The notes: generated by a model not told the origin, from the letters alone. Positions 7,863 to 16,636 are shown, numbered from the stretch's first letter. The stretch: 64,000 bases of DNA from an uncultured Bacteroidota bacterium (GCA_902783595.1 CACZRR010000025.1:1999-65998), one strand, 5' to 3'. Translations and numbers: made by a program.

Positions 7863-10800
7863 ATGACTGAGTTCACACATCTGCACGTACACTCGCACTA
7901 TTCGATGCTCGACGGGATGTCGAAGATCCCCGATCTGGTGAAGAAGGCCAAGAAGAACGGTATGTATGCCCTGGCCCTGACGGACCACGGCAATATGTTT
8001 GGCATCAAGGACTTCCTGGACACGGTGCAGAAGGAGAACAAGGGGCGTGGCGAGGGGGAGCCGCTGTTCAAGCCCATTGTGGGCATCGAGGCCTACTGTG
8101 CGCGGCGCACGCTCTACGACAAGGATAAGAACTTCAAGAGCATCAACCCCGAGACGGGGCGCGAGCGTGTGGTGGACCGCAGCGGCTACCACCTGATCCT
8201 GCTGGCCAAGAACCTGCAGGGCTACCACTCGCTGTGCAAGCTGACGTCGATAGCATATACCGACGGTTTCTACGACCGTCCGCGCATCGACCATGCGCTG
8301 CTGGAGAAGTACCACGAGGGGGTGATATGCAGCTCCGCCTGCCTGGGCGGCGAGGTGCCGCAGCTGATCATGGAGGGCGACCTGGAGGGTGCCGAGAAGG
8401 CAGTGGTGTGGTTCAAGGAGCTCTTCGGCGACGACTACTACATCGAGCTGATGCGTCACAAGACCGACAAGCCCAATGCCAACACCGACACCTACCGGTG
8501 GCAGATGAAGGTGGAGCCCGAGCTGGTGCGTCTGGCGCGGAAGTACGACATCAAGCTCATCGCCACCAACGACGCGCACTTTGTCGAGGAGGAGCATGGC
8601 GAGGCGCACGACCACCTGATCTGCCTGGCCACGCAGAAAGACTACGACGACCCGAACCGCATGCACTACACCAAGCAGGAGTGGCTGAAGAGCCCCGACG
8701 AGATGGCGGAGGTTTTTGCCGACCTGCCGGAGGCGTTGGCGAACACCATGGAGGTGGCGGAGAAGGTGGAGGTGTACAGCATAGACAGCGACCCGCTGAT
8801 GCCCGTCTTCCCCATCCCCGAGAGCTTCGGCAAGGAGGAGGAGTGGCGTGAGAAATTCACGGAGCAGCAGCTCTTCGACGAGTTCACGCGCAACGAGAAG
8901 GGCGAGGTGGTGATGGAGCAGGAGGCCGCTGAGAAGAAGATCAAGAAGCTGGGGGGCTACGACAAGCTGTACCGCATCAAGTTCGAGGCCGACTACCTGG
9001 AGCACCTGGTGTGGCAGGGTGCGCGGAAACGCTACCTGATGAGGGCGGAAGCTAATAACTCCGACCTTCGACCTCCGACCTCCGACCTGGAAATCAAGGA
9101 GGCCCTCAGCGAGGAGCAGCGCGAGCGCATCGTCTTCGAGCTGCACACCATCAAGACCATGGGCTTCCCCGGCTACTTCCTCATCGTGAGCGACTATATC
9201 CGTGCCGCGCGTGAGGAGCTGGGCGTCAGCGTAGGTCCCGGCCGCGGCAGTGCGGCAGGCAGCGTGGTGGCCTACTGCCTGTGGATCACGGACCTCGACC
9301 CCTTGCGCTACGACCTGCTGTTCGAGCGCTTCCTGAACCCCGACCGTATCTCGCTGCCCGATATCGACGTCGACTTCGACGATGCGGGGCGCGGCAAGGT
9401 GCTGGAGTGGGTCACCAAGAAATACGGCAAAGAGCGTGTGGCGCATATCATCACCTATGGCACCATGGCCACCAAGAGCTCCATCGCCGACGTGGGACGT
9501 GTGGAGAAAGTGCCGCTGAGCACCGTCAACCAGCTCAAGGGCTACATCCCCGAGCGCAACTTCCCCGACGGTCTGAAGGGCGACGACGGCAAGCCGCTGG
9601 CCAAGCCGCCGAAGGTGAACCTCAAGAACTGCTACAAGTACGTCCCGGAACTCAAGGCCATCATGCAGGACGGTCCCGACGACCTGCGGCGCATGCTCAC
9701 CTATGCCGAGGAACTCGAGGACACCAACCGCCAGATCGGCATCCACGCCTGCGGCGTCATCATAGGCTCGCAGGACATCACCAACATAGCGCCTGTCTGC
9801 GTCATCAACGACAAGGAGAGCGGCGAGGATGTGCTGGTGACGCAGTACGATGGTCATGTGGTGGAGAACGTAGGCCTCATCAAGATGGACTTCCTGGGGC
9901 TGAAAAACCTCACCATCATCAAGAACTGCATCCGCATGGTGAAGAAGCGCACGGGCGAGGAGATCGACATCGACCACCTGCCGCTGGACGACGAGCTGAC
10001 CTACAAGCTCTTCTGCGAGGGCAACACCGTGGGTGTGTTCCAGTTTGAAAGTGCGGGCATGCAGAAGTACCTGCGGGAGTTGCAGCCCCACGTCATCGAC
10101 GACCTCATCGCCATGAACGCCCTCTACCGCCCGGGTCCCATGGACAACATACCCGAATTCATCGACCGCAAGCAGGGCCGCAAGCCCATCAGCTACGACC
10201 TGCCGGTGATGGAGAAATACCTGAAGGAGACCTACGGCATCACCGTCTATCAGGAGCAGGTGATGTTGCTGAGCCGTCTACTGGCGGGCTTCACACGCGG
10301 CCAGAGCGACACATTGCGCAAGGCCATGGGCAAGAAGCAGATCGACAAGATGAACGAGCTGGAGGTGCTCTTCTACGAGGGCGGCGAGAAGAACGGCCAC
10401 CCGCGGGAGGTGCTGAACAAGATCTGGGAGGAGTGGAAGAAATTCGCCAGCTACGCCTTCAACAAGAGCCATGCCGCCTGCTACTCGTGGGTGGCGTACC
10501 AGACGGCCTACCTCAAGGCGCACTACCCTGCCGAGTATATGGCTGCCGTGATGACGAGTGCCCAAACCGACATCAGCCGCGTGCGCGAGCTCATGGACGA
10601 CTGCAAGAAGCACGGCATCGAGGTGGCGGCGCCGAGCGTCAACAGCAGCGAAATGGACTTCAGCGTCGATGCCGACGGCAAGATACGCTTCGGGTTGCAG
10701 GCCATCAGCGGCATGGGCGAAGCCGCCTCGGGGGTGATCATCGCCGAGCGCGAGAAGAACGGTCCCTACCAGGACATCTTCGACTTCCTGAAGCGCATCG

Positions 10801-11735
10801 ACATGCACTCCGTGAACAAGAAGAACATGGAGGTGCTGGTGAAGGCGGGCGCCTTCGACGGTGTGGGCACGATGCACCGTGCGCAGTATTTCTACAAAGA
10901 GAACCAGCTGGAGACCACGCCCACGTACCTCGACCTGCTGGTGCGCTGGGCCATACGGCGCCAGGACGGCGCGGCGAGCAACCAGATGAGCATCTTCAGC
11001 ATGAGCGCAGAGCTTGCCGAGGAGGACCATCCGCCGATACCCGTCTGCGACGAGTGGAGCACCCTCGACCGCTGCCGCGCCGAGAAGGAGGTCATCTCCA
11101 CCTATCTCTCGGGGCATCCCCTCGACGACTTCCGCTACGAGATGAAGCTCTTCACCAACACCCCCGTCAGCGCCCTCGCCAACCTCGAGGCCCTCGTCGG
11201 CAAAGAGGTCACCTTCGGCGGCATGGTGTCGGGCGTGAAAGGCGGCATCTCCTCCAGGGGCAACCCCTACGGCTCTATGGTCATCGACGACTACACCGGC
11301 AGCTACGAGTTGCGCCTCTACGACGAGGAGTACACCAACTTCAAGAACCTCTTCATCGACGGCACCTTCATCCACTGCCGTGCCACCGTGCGCAGCACCA
11401 CCTATACCGACAAGAAGACCGGCGCCGAGAAGAGCTTCACGCGTATGCGCATCCTCTCCATGACGCTGCTCTCCGGCGTGCTGGACAAGTATATCGCGCG
11501 TGTGGCTTTCACCGTGCCCCTCGAGCGTGTGGACACCGCCTTCTGCCGCCAGCTCGAGCGGCTGGCCAAGCGCCACAAAGGCAGCGTGCCGCTACAGGCC
11601 ATCGTCGTCGACGCCTCGCAGAAGCTCACCCTCACCCTCAACACCACGGCTTTGCGCGTCAACCCCCACGACATCCTCGGCGAATTGGAGCAGTTGCCCG
11701 GCGTCACCGCCGTGAAGCCCATCCCAAAAAGTTAA
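7863..11735 (+). CDS. dnaE: DNA polymerase III subunit alpha
   Basis: 1290 aa. PHP domain start (FTHLHVHSHYSMLDG), GFPGYFLIV, the PDIDVDF catalytic motif and a C-terminal OB region. Confidence 0.97.
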   Translation: MTEFTHLHVHSHYSMLDGMSKIPDLVKKAKKNGMYALALTDHGNMFGIKDFLDTVQKENKGRGEGEPLFKPIVGIEAYCARRTLYDKDKNFKSINPETGRERVVDRSGYHLILLAKNLQGYHSLCKLTSIAYTDGFYDRPRIDHALLEKYHEGVICSSACLGGEVPQLIMEGDLEGAEKAVVWFKELFGDDYYIELMRHKTDKPNANTDTYRWQMKVEPELVRLARKYDIKLIATNDAHFVEEEHGEAHDHLICLATQKDYDDPNRMHYTKQEWLKSPDEMAEVFADLPEALANTMEVAEKVEVYSIDSDPLMPVFPIPESFGKEEEWREKFTEQQLFDEFTRNEKGEVVMEQEAAEKKIKKLGGYDKLYRIKFEADYLEHLVWQGARKRYLMRAEANNSDLRPPTSDLEIKEALSEEQRERIVFELHTIKTMGFPGYFLIVSDYIRAAREELGVSVGPGRGSAAGSVVAYCLWITDLDPLRYDLLFERFLNPDRISLPDIDVDFDDAGRGKVLEWVTKKYGKERVAHIITYGTMATKSSIADVGRVEKVPLSTVNQLKGYIPERNFPDGLKGDDGKPLAKPPKVNLKNCYKYVPELKAIMQDGPDDLRRMLTYAEELEDTNRQIGIHACGVIIGSQDITNIAPVCVINDKESGEDVLVTQYDGHVVENVGLIKMDFLGLKNLTIIKNCIRMVKKRTGEEIDIDHLPLDDELTYKLFCEGNTVGVFQFESAGMQKYLRELQPHVIDDLIAMNALYRPGPMDNIPEFIDRKQGRKPISYDLPVMEKYLKETYGITVYQEQVMLLSRLLAGFTRGQSDTLRKAMGKKQIDKMNELEVLFYEGGEKNGHPREVLNKIWEEWKKFASYAFNKSHAACYSWVAYQTAYLKAHYPAEYMAAVMTSAQTDISRVRELMDDCKKHGIEVAAPSVNSSEMDFSVDADGKIRFGLQAISGMGEAASGVIIAEREKNGPYQDIFDFLKRIDMHSVNKKNMEVLVKAGAFDGVGTMHRAQYFYKENQLETTPTYLDLLVRWAIRRQDGAASNQMSIFSMSAELAEEDHPPIPVCDEWSTLDRCRAEKEVISTYLSGHPLDDFRYEMKLFTNTPVSALANLEALVGKEVTFGGMVSGVKGGISSRGNPYGSMVIDDYTGSYELRLYDEEYTNFKNLFIDGTFIHCRATVRSTTYTDKKTGAEKSFTRMRILSMTLLSGVLDKYIARVAFTVPLERVDTAFCRQLERLAKRHKGSVPLQAIVVDASQKLTLTLNTTALRVNPHDILGELEQLPGVTAVKPIPKS
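9041..9087 (+). repeat. Heptamer element inside dnaE (short GAGGGCGGAAG arm, loop, then TCCGACC-type x4)
   Basis: TCCGACC TTCGACC TCCGACC TCCGACC at 9060-9087, translated in-frame as NSDLRPPTSDL. Confidence 0.85.
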
Positions 11736-11736
11736 T

Positions 11737-11771
11737 CCACTTTCCACTTTCCGTTTTCCACTTTCCACTCC
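11737..11771 (+). repeat. Five tandem heptamers (CCACTTT family) forming the dnaE-to-GSCFA spacer
   Basis: CCACTTT CCACTTT CCGTTTT CCACTTT CCACTCC lies between the dnaE TAA (11733-11735) and the ATG at 11774. Confidence 0.9.
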
Positions 11772-11773
11772 CC

Positions 11774-12733
11774 ATGATAGCCCTCAACACTCCCGTCAGT
11801 GTCTCTCCCCTCCCCTTCACGGTGGACTTCGACAGCGGCATCGTCACCCTGGGATCGTGCTTTGCCGACGAGGTGGCACAGCGTCTGCTCGACGGTGGCT
11901 TCCGCGTCGACGCCAACCCTTTCGGCACCCTCTACAACCCTGCCTCCATCGCCGCGGCGTTGCAGCGCATCATCGACGACCGCGAGGTGGGTGCCGCCGA
12001 CCTTGTCGAGCGCGACGGCCTCTGGCATTCGTGGCACCACCACGGCGCCTTCTCGCGGCGGAGTGCTGAGGAGTGCCTCGACGCCTGCAACGGGCGTCTG
12101 CATGAGGCACACCGTCACCTGCGCCAGGCGCGGCTGCTCATGGTCACCTTCGGCACCGCCTGGATCTATGAGTTGAGGTCGGAGGTCGGAGGTCGGAAGG
12201 CGGCAGCTTCACAAGACACCTCCGACCTCCGTCTTCCGACCTCCGCCTTCCACGTTGTGGCCAACTGTCACAAAGTGCCGCCGCAGGCCTTTGTGCGGCG
12301 CATGATGGATGTCGACGAGATCGTGCAGCTGTGGCGTCCCCTGCTGCAACAGCTCTCCACTTTCAACCCTCACCTTTCCGTCATCTTCACCGTCTCCCCC
12401 ATCCGTCACCTGGCCGACGGTGCCCACGGCAACCAGCTCAGCAAGAGCACCCTGCTATTGGCTGTCGACCCACTTTCCACTCACATGGTGAGCCCGTCGA
12501 ACCACCACTCTCCACTTTCCACTTTCTACTTCCCCTCTTACGAGATTGTGCTCGACGAGCTGCGCGACTACCGCTACTACGGTCAGGATATGACGCATCC
12601 CACGGCGCTGGCTGTCGACATCGTCTACGAGCGTCTGCAGGGCGCCATCATGACCCCCGCCGTCGTGCAGCAGGCGCACCTCAACGCCAAGCGTCAGCGC
12701 CGCGACCGGCACATACCCCTGCACCAGTCATAA
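11774..12733 (+). CDS. GSCFA-family protein
   Basis: 319 aa from the ATG at 11774. Has the eponymous motif (VTLGSCFADEV) plus TFGTAW, VVANCHK, SPIRH and YFPSYEI..DELRDYR blocks. Confidence 0.85.
   Translation: MIALNTPVSVSPLPFTVDFDSGIVTLGSCFADEVAQRLLDGGFRVDANPFGTLYNPASIAAALQRIIDDREVGAADLVERDGLWHSWHHHGAFSRRSAEECLDACNGRLHEAHRHLRQARLLMVTFGTAWIYELRSEVGGRKAAASQDTSDLRLPTSAFHVVANCHKVPPQAFVRRMMDVDEIVQLWRPLLQQLSTFNPHLSVIFTVSPIRHLADGAHGNQLSKSTLLLAVDPLSTHMVSPSNHHSPLSTFYFPSYEIVLDELRDYRYYGQDMTHPTALAVDIVYERLQGAIMTPAVVQQAHLNAKRQRRDRHIPLHQS
12175..12251 (+). repeat. Inverted-repeat heptamer hairpin inside the GSCFA gene
   Basis: Left arm is GAGGTCG x3 + GAAGGCG (12175-12202). Loop is ~17-19 nt. Right arm is CTCCGAC CTCCGTC TTCCGAC CTCCGCC (12220-12247). 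Read in-frame as RSEVGGRKAAASQDTSDLRLPTSAF. Confidence 0.9.
12470..12534 (+). repeat. Second heptamer element (CCACTTT family) inside the GSCFA gene
   Basis: CCACTTT CCACTCA, a 21-nt spacer, then CCACTCT CCACTTT CCACTTT CTACTTC. Read in-frame as PLSTHMVSPSNHHSPLSTFYF. Confidence 0.8.
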
Positions 12734-12737
12734 ATCA

Positions 12738-13028
12738 TTATTTTCCCTTTCTATTGGGATTCTTGGGGAACCAGCCTTTTTCCACCCGCTCGCGCTGCTT
12801 GAACAGCTCGAGGATGGACCATAGGCTCGAGAAAGCCACGACGCCGAGGATGGTCGAGGGAATGACGGCCTCTGTGAGCAGCGACCCCGCGACGCAAACC
12901 GCAGCCACCAGCAGGAACACCCACCAGCAGCGTGTGCCGAGATAGTATTCCGCCTTGATAACGATGGGGTGGAAAAGGCCTATGCACAAGAAAGAAGAGA
13001 CACCGATGATTATGCCGACAAAGTTCAT
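12738..13028 (-). CDS. Small integral membrane protein (DUF4491-like)
   Basis: 96 aa with three hydrophobic segments and a basic C-terminus. The family assignment is from memory only. Confidence 0.55.
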   Translation of the reverse strand: MNFVGIIIGVSSFLCIGLFHPIVIKAEYYLGTRCWWVFLLVAAVCVAGSLLTEAVIPSTILGVVAFSSLWSILELFKQRERVEKGWFPKNPNRKGK

Positions 13029-13073
13029 TTTGGAAGGGTTAGTCAGAATTTAACATTTAGTATTTAGAAATCC

Positions 13074-13697
13074 TCAGATGGGTATGACCACGAACACCAG
13101 CGCATCCCAGAGGGCGTGGCTGACCACGAGTGCCGGCAGCGCCCTGGGGCAGAGCCGGTAGAGGAGACCCCATACGGCCCCTGCCGTCAGCGCCGCCATC
13201 ACCAGCATGAAGTTGCCCGACCAGATATGCACGAGGGCATAGATGGCCGTGGTGACGAGGAAGGCCGTGGTGGCGCCATGCTGTCGTGCCAGGGTGCGCT
13301 GCACATATCCGCGCCAGAAGAGCTCCTCGGCGGGGCCGATGACGAGCAGCAGCAGCGCGGCGATGGCCGCGGGCGGAAGGCCCGTCTTCATGGCATAGAC
13401 ATTGTCCACCTGAGTGCGGGCGAAGTCGAACATAGCGGCGGAGGCCTTGTCGCCCACCCAGAACACACCCCACAGCAGCAGCGCGATGACGACGCCTGCC
13501 GTCAGCTGCAGCAGCGGTTTCTCCACCTTCATCAGTTCCCTGCTGTCGGGCGTGAAGAGCAGTGCCAGGGTGGTGAGCACGACACCCGAGAGGGTCATCA
13601 CGATCCAGAAATTGGGGCGTCCCTGCGTCCATGGGGAGAACATATAGAACCAGAGCAGGGCGGCGACGGCGATGGCGACGATGAGGTGGCGTCTCAT
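13074..13697 (-). CDS. CPBP-family intramembrane glutamic endopeptidase (CAAX protease-like)
   Basis: 207 aa from the ATG at 13697. Motifs EELFWRG and HIW/HALWD in TM helices. The start overlaps the menA-like stop by 4 nt. Confidence 0.8.
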   Translation of the reverse strand: MRRHLIVAIAVAALLWFYMFSPWTQGRPNFWIVMTLSGVVLTTLALLFTPDSRELMKVEKPLLQLTAGVVIALLLWGVFWVGDKASAAMFDFARTQVDNVYAMKTGLPPAAIAALLLLVIGPAEELFWRGYVQRTLARQHGATTAFLVTTAIYALVHIWSGNFMLVMAALTAGAVWGLLYRLCPRALPALVVSHALWDALVFVVIPI

Positions 13698-14596
13698 AGC
13701 AATCCGGCTATTATCAACCCTATGGTGAGGAGACCCGAGAAGGCCATCTGCAACTTGGAGGAGGCGATATCGAGGCCCTTCATGGCGTCGAGGCCCAGGT
13801 GGCGGTACTGTGCTGCCCGGCGGAAATTCTTGTAGGCCGGCACCACGGCGACAAGGCTGAGCAACGCCAGCGGGTGGAGCAGGCCTGCCGCCACATAGAG
13901 CACGAGGCAAAGGAATGGCAACACCATGTAGCAGCAGTAGAGACGCGCCGACGTCTGGATGCCGAGCAGCATGCCGAAGGTCTTGATGCCTGCCTCGCGG
14001 TCGCTGTTGGTGTCGAAGGTGTTGTTGGCGTGGAGCACCGACACGGTGATGATGCCCACGGGCAGGGCCAGCAGCAGTGTGTCGACGACGACGGTGCCGG
14101 TGATGGCGCAGGAGGTGCCGAGGAACGCCAGCACGCCGAAGATGAGGAAAATGTCGAGGTCGCCGAGGGCGTGGTATTTCAGGAAAGAGTAGAGCACTGT
14201 CAGCAGCACGCCCGCGGCACCCACGACGAGCACACCGGGGCCGCTGAGCAGCGTGATGACGATGCCGACGGCTATGCCGACGGCGAAGAGCAGGATGCTG
14301 AAAACAAGGTATTCGCGAGGCTCGAAGGTCTTGAACACCAGGTTGGGGACGGCGAAGGCGCGCTCGTTGTCGACGCCACACTTATAGTCCTTGTAGTCGC
14401 TCAGCACATTGCCGGCGGCGTGCAGCACCACGATGCCCAGCAGCGACAGGAGGAGGCAGAGCCACGGCATAGTGCCGTCGGGCACAAGGCCGCGGCTGAA
14501 GAGGTAGGCGAAGCAGACAGCCACAGGCATGGCGGAGACAGGGAAAGACCAGTAGCGGGTCACCGCAAGCCACTCTTTGAGCGTGTGTTTCATCAT
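13694..14596 (-). CDS. menA: UbiA-family prenyltransferase, likely 1,4-dihydroxy-2-naphthoate polyprenyltransferase
   Basis: 300 aa with ~8 TM segments. Asp-rich motifs (NVLSDYKDY, NNTFDTNSDREAG) typical of MenA/UbiA. Confidence 0.75.
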   Translation of the reverse strand: MMKHTLKEWLAVTRYWSFPVSAMPVAVCFAYLFSRGLVPDGTMPWLCLLLSLLGIVVLHAAGNVLSDYKDYKCGVDNERAFAVPNLVFKTFEPREYLVFSILLFAVGIAVGIVITLLSGPGVLVVGAAGVLLTVLYSFLKYHALGDLDIFLIFGVLAFLGTSCAITGTVVVDTLLLALPVGIITVSVLHANNTFDTNSDREAGIKTFGMLLGIQTSARLYCCYMVLPFLCLVLYVAAGLLHPLALLSLVAVVPAYKNFRRAAQYRHLGLDAMKGLDIASSKLQMAFSGLLTIGLIIAGLL

Positions 14597-14711
14597 CGTT
14601 CTTTCTTGTGCTCATAGCAACGCATAGGGCACTCGTTTATTGCCTTCGGACAATAAAAAAAGAGAGGCTGCGTTATTGCTTTTGAAAATCGATTTTTTCC
14701 ACTAAAACGCC

Positions 14712-15218
14712 ATGATTATGAAAAAGATTCTTATTGCCATGATGGCTTTTGCGACACTCTTTGCTGTGTCGTGCAACAAAGACGACGAAGAGGAGAATGC
14801 CACCCTCCAAGGACGCTGGGACGCTCCGCACTCTGCCGACGACATGGGAGACATCGCCTTTGTCGCCCTCTTCGGGGACGAGAACCTCGACCTGTATATC
14901 ATCCCCTGGGGGCAGCACATGAAGGGCACCTACTCCATGAACAACGGGGTGATCACCTACAACATCACGGAGGCCTACCAGGCCTATACGGATGTCTCCT
15001 ACGATGGCGAAGGCAACATGACCAGCTGGTCGTGGATGGCCGGCAACCTGGATGCCACCACCCTCACGCTTGCCGAAGGCTACGATTGGTACGCCATGAA
15101 CGGGGAGAATTTCAACCAAGCCCAAGAGGGCTTTGGCGAGTTTGAATTCAACATCAAAGGCAGCACCGCGAAGAGCACGCTGGTGGGCCTCCCCGATCTG
15201 ACCTTCTACAAGAAATAG
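14712..15218 (+). CDS. Lipoprotein, function unknown
   Basis: 168 aa with a lipobox (FATLFAVSC). Confidence 0.7.
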   Translation: MIMKKILIAMMAFATLFAVSCNKDDEEENATLQGRWDAPHSADDMGDIAFVALFGDENLDLYIIPWGQHMKGTYSMNNGVITYNITEAYQAYTDVSYDGEGNMTSWSWMAGNLDATTLTLAEGYDWYAMNGENFNQAQEGFGEFEFNIKGSTAKSTLVGLPDLTFYKK

Positions 15219-15253
15219 CACATCGTAGGGGCGATCCCCCCACCAGAGACGAG

Positions 15254-15283
15254 AAGACCCGTGGGTTTCCACGGGTCTTTTTT
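15254..15283 (+). terminator. Rho-independent terminator
   Basis: 11-bp stem AAGACCCGTGG/CCACGGGTCTT with loop GTTT, followed by a T-run. Confidence 0.8.
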
Positions 15284-15368
15284 ATATCGTCGTTCGCTTG
15301 GCCACTGGGGAGGAGCCCTCGTGGAGGCAAAATCATCATTTTTAGGTATTGCAGACGTGGAAATTGTG

Positions 15369-15376
15369 TATCTTTG
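15369..15376 (+). promoter_or_regulatory. -7 promoter box TATCTTTG
   Basis: TAnnTTTG match 20 nt upstream of the ATG at 15397. Confidence 0.45.
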
Positions 15377-15396
15377 CAGCATAATCGCACAAGGCC

Positions 15397-16155
15397 ATGA
15401 ATGCTTTAATTGTCGGAATACTAATGCCTTTGGCGGGGACGATGCTGGGGTCGGCTTTCGTGTTCTTTATGCGGAAGGAGATCCCCGACCGGCTGCAGAA
15501 GACGCTGCTGGGCTTCGCCAGCGGCGTGATGGTGGCGGCGAGCGTGTGGTCGCTGCTGATACCGAGTATCGAGATGGCGGGCGAGGGTGTTGTCCCTGCC
15601 GCCGTGGGGTTCCTCGCGGGCATCGCCTTCCTGCTGCTGATTGACGAGCTGACGCCCCACCTGCATGTCGGCGCGCAGAATGCCGAGGGTCCTCGCAGCC
15701 GCCTGTCGCGCACCATGATGCTGGCGCTGGCTGTCACCATCCACAACCTGCCCGAGGGTATGGCCGTGGGCGTGGTGTTCGCCGGAGAGGCGCAGGGCTT
15801 GACCCTCAGCGCCGCCCTGGCGGTAGCGGTCGGCATCGCCATACAGAACATCCCCGAGGGGGCTATCATCTCAATGCCCATGCATGCCGAGGGCAACTCA
15901 CGAGGCAAATCATTCCTCATCGGCACCCTCAGCGGCGTGGTGGAGCCCATAGGATCCGTAGCCATCCTGCTGCTGGCGGGTGTGCTGGGTGTGGCGCTGC
16001 CCTACTTGTTGGCCTTCGCCGCCGGCGCCATGATGTATGTGGTGGTGGAAGAGCTCATCCCCGAGACCGCCCAAGGGCGCCACACCAACCTCTCCACCAT
16101 CGGTTTCGCCATAGGCTTCGTGCTAATGATGGCGATGGATGTGGTTATGGGGTAA
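15397..16155 (+). CDS. ZIP-family metal (zinc) transporter
   Basis: 252 aa. TM protein with ZupT-like motifs (HNLPEGMAVG, QNIPEG). Confidence 0.88.
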   Translation: MNALIVGILMPLAGTMLGSAFVFFMRKEIPDRLQKTLLGFASGVMVAASVWSLLIPSIEMAGEGVVPAAVGFLAGIAFLLLIDELTPHLHVGAQNAEGPRSRLSRTMMLALAVTIHNLPEGMAVGVVFAGEAQGLTLSAALAVAVGIAIQNIPEGAIISMPMHAEGNSRGKSFLIGTLSGVVEPIGSVAILLLAGVLGVALPYLLAFAAGAMMYVVVEELIPETAQGRHTNLSTIGFAIGFVLMMAMDVVMG

Positions 16156-16200
16156 TACGTTTTACGCTTTCGGAAAGTCGTTAAAATAAACCATTCGGAT

Positions 16201-16590
16201 ATGAGAGAAGATATTGCTGCCGCCAAGAAACGTTGTGGAAGCCACAACTGTGCCCAGGCGGTGTTGAGTACCTACGCCGACGTGGCGGGAATCAGTGAAG
16301 AGCAGGCCATGAGCCTCGCGGCTGCCTTCGGTGGCGGCATGGGCAATATGGAGGGGACCTGCGGTGCCCTGGTCGGCGCGGGCCTTGTGCTGGGGATGGC
16401 CAGCAAAGAGAGAGGCGCTGCCATGAGGCAGATGCGCCAGCTGATGACCCTGTTCCAGGAGAGGAACGGCGCCACGCAGTGCAAGCTGCTCAAGGGTGTC
16501 GGCACAGGGGTGGTGCTGCGCGAGTGCCCGCTCTGTGTGGCCGATGCGGCGGAGCTGCTGGAGCAATGCCTCGGCGAGAAGCAGAAATAG
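16201..16590 (+). CDS. C_GCAxxG_C_C-family protein
   Basis: 129 aa. Contains CAQAV, TCGALVGAG and a C-terminal CPLC, the family's cysteine pattern. Confidence 0.8.
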   Translation: MREDIAAAKKRCGSHNCAQAVLSTYADVAGISEEQAMSLAAAFGGGMGNMEGTCGALVGAGLVLGMASKERGAAMRQMRQLMTLFQERNGATQCKLLKGVGTGVVLRECPLCVADAAELLEQCLGEKQK

Positions 16591-16636
16591 CATCTGGGGG
16601 AAAATTGTAGTTTTGCATTGCATAAAATAAAGATCC

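Noticed and set aside
7842-10091. 749-aa ORF antisense to dnaE. Similar long antisense or alternate-frame ORFs include 1433-3046, 3012-4241, 4299-5297, 10278-11576, 10433-11773, 21488-22315, 54563-55492 and 55775-58078.
   Set aside because: These are typical stop-codon-poor shadow ORFs of a GC3-rich genome. Their translations are low-complexity (Val/His/Gly/Arg/Leu-rich) with no motifs. Each fully overlaps a gene with unambiguous family signatures.
13698-14381. N-terminal extension of the CPBP protease ORF (the track gives 435 aa from 14381).
   Set aside because: The extension is Arg/Pro/His-rich nonsense lying entirely inside the menA-like gene in another frame. The internal ATG at 13697 gives a standard CPBP protein with ATGA coupling to menA.
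14630-14665. Short hairpin TTATTGCC-TTCG-GACAATAA upstream of menA.
   Set aside because: It is a 7/8-bp stem in a divergent promoter region with no upstream gene to terminate. Evidence is too weak to call it a regulatory element.
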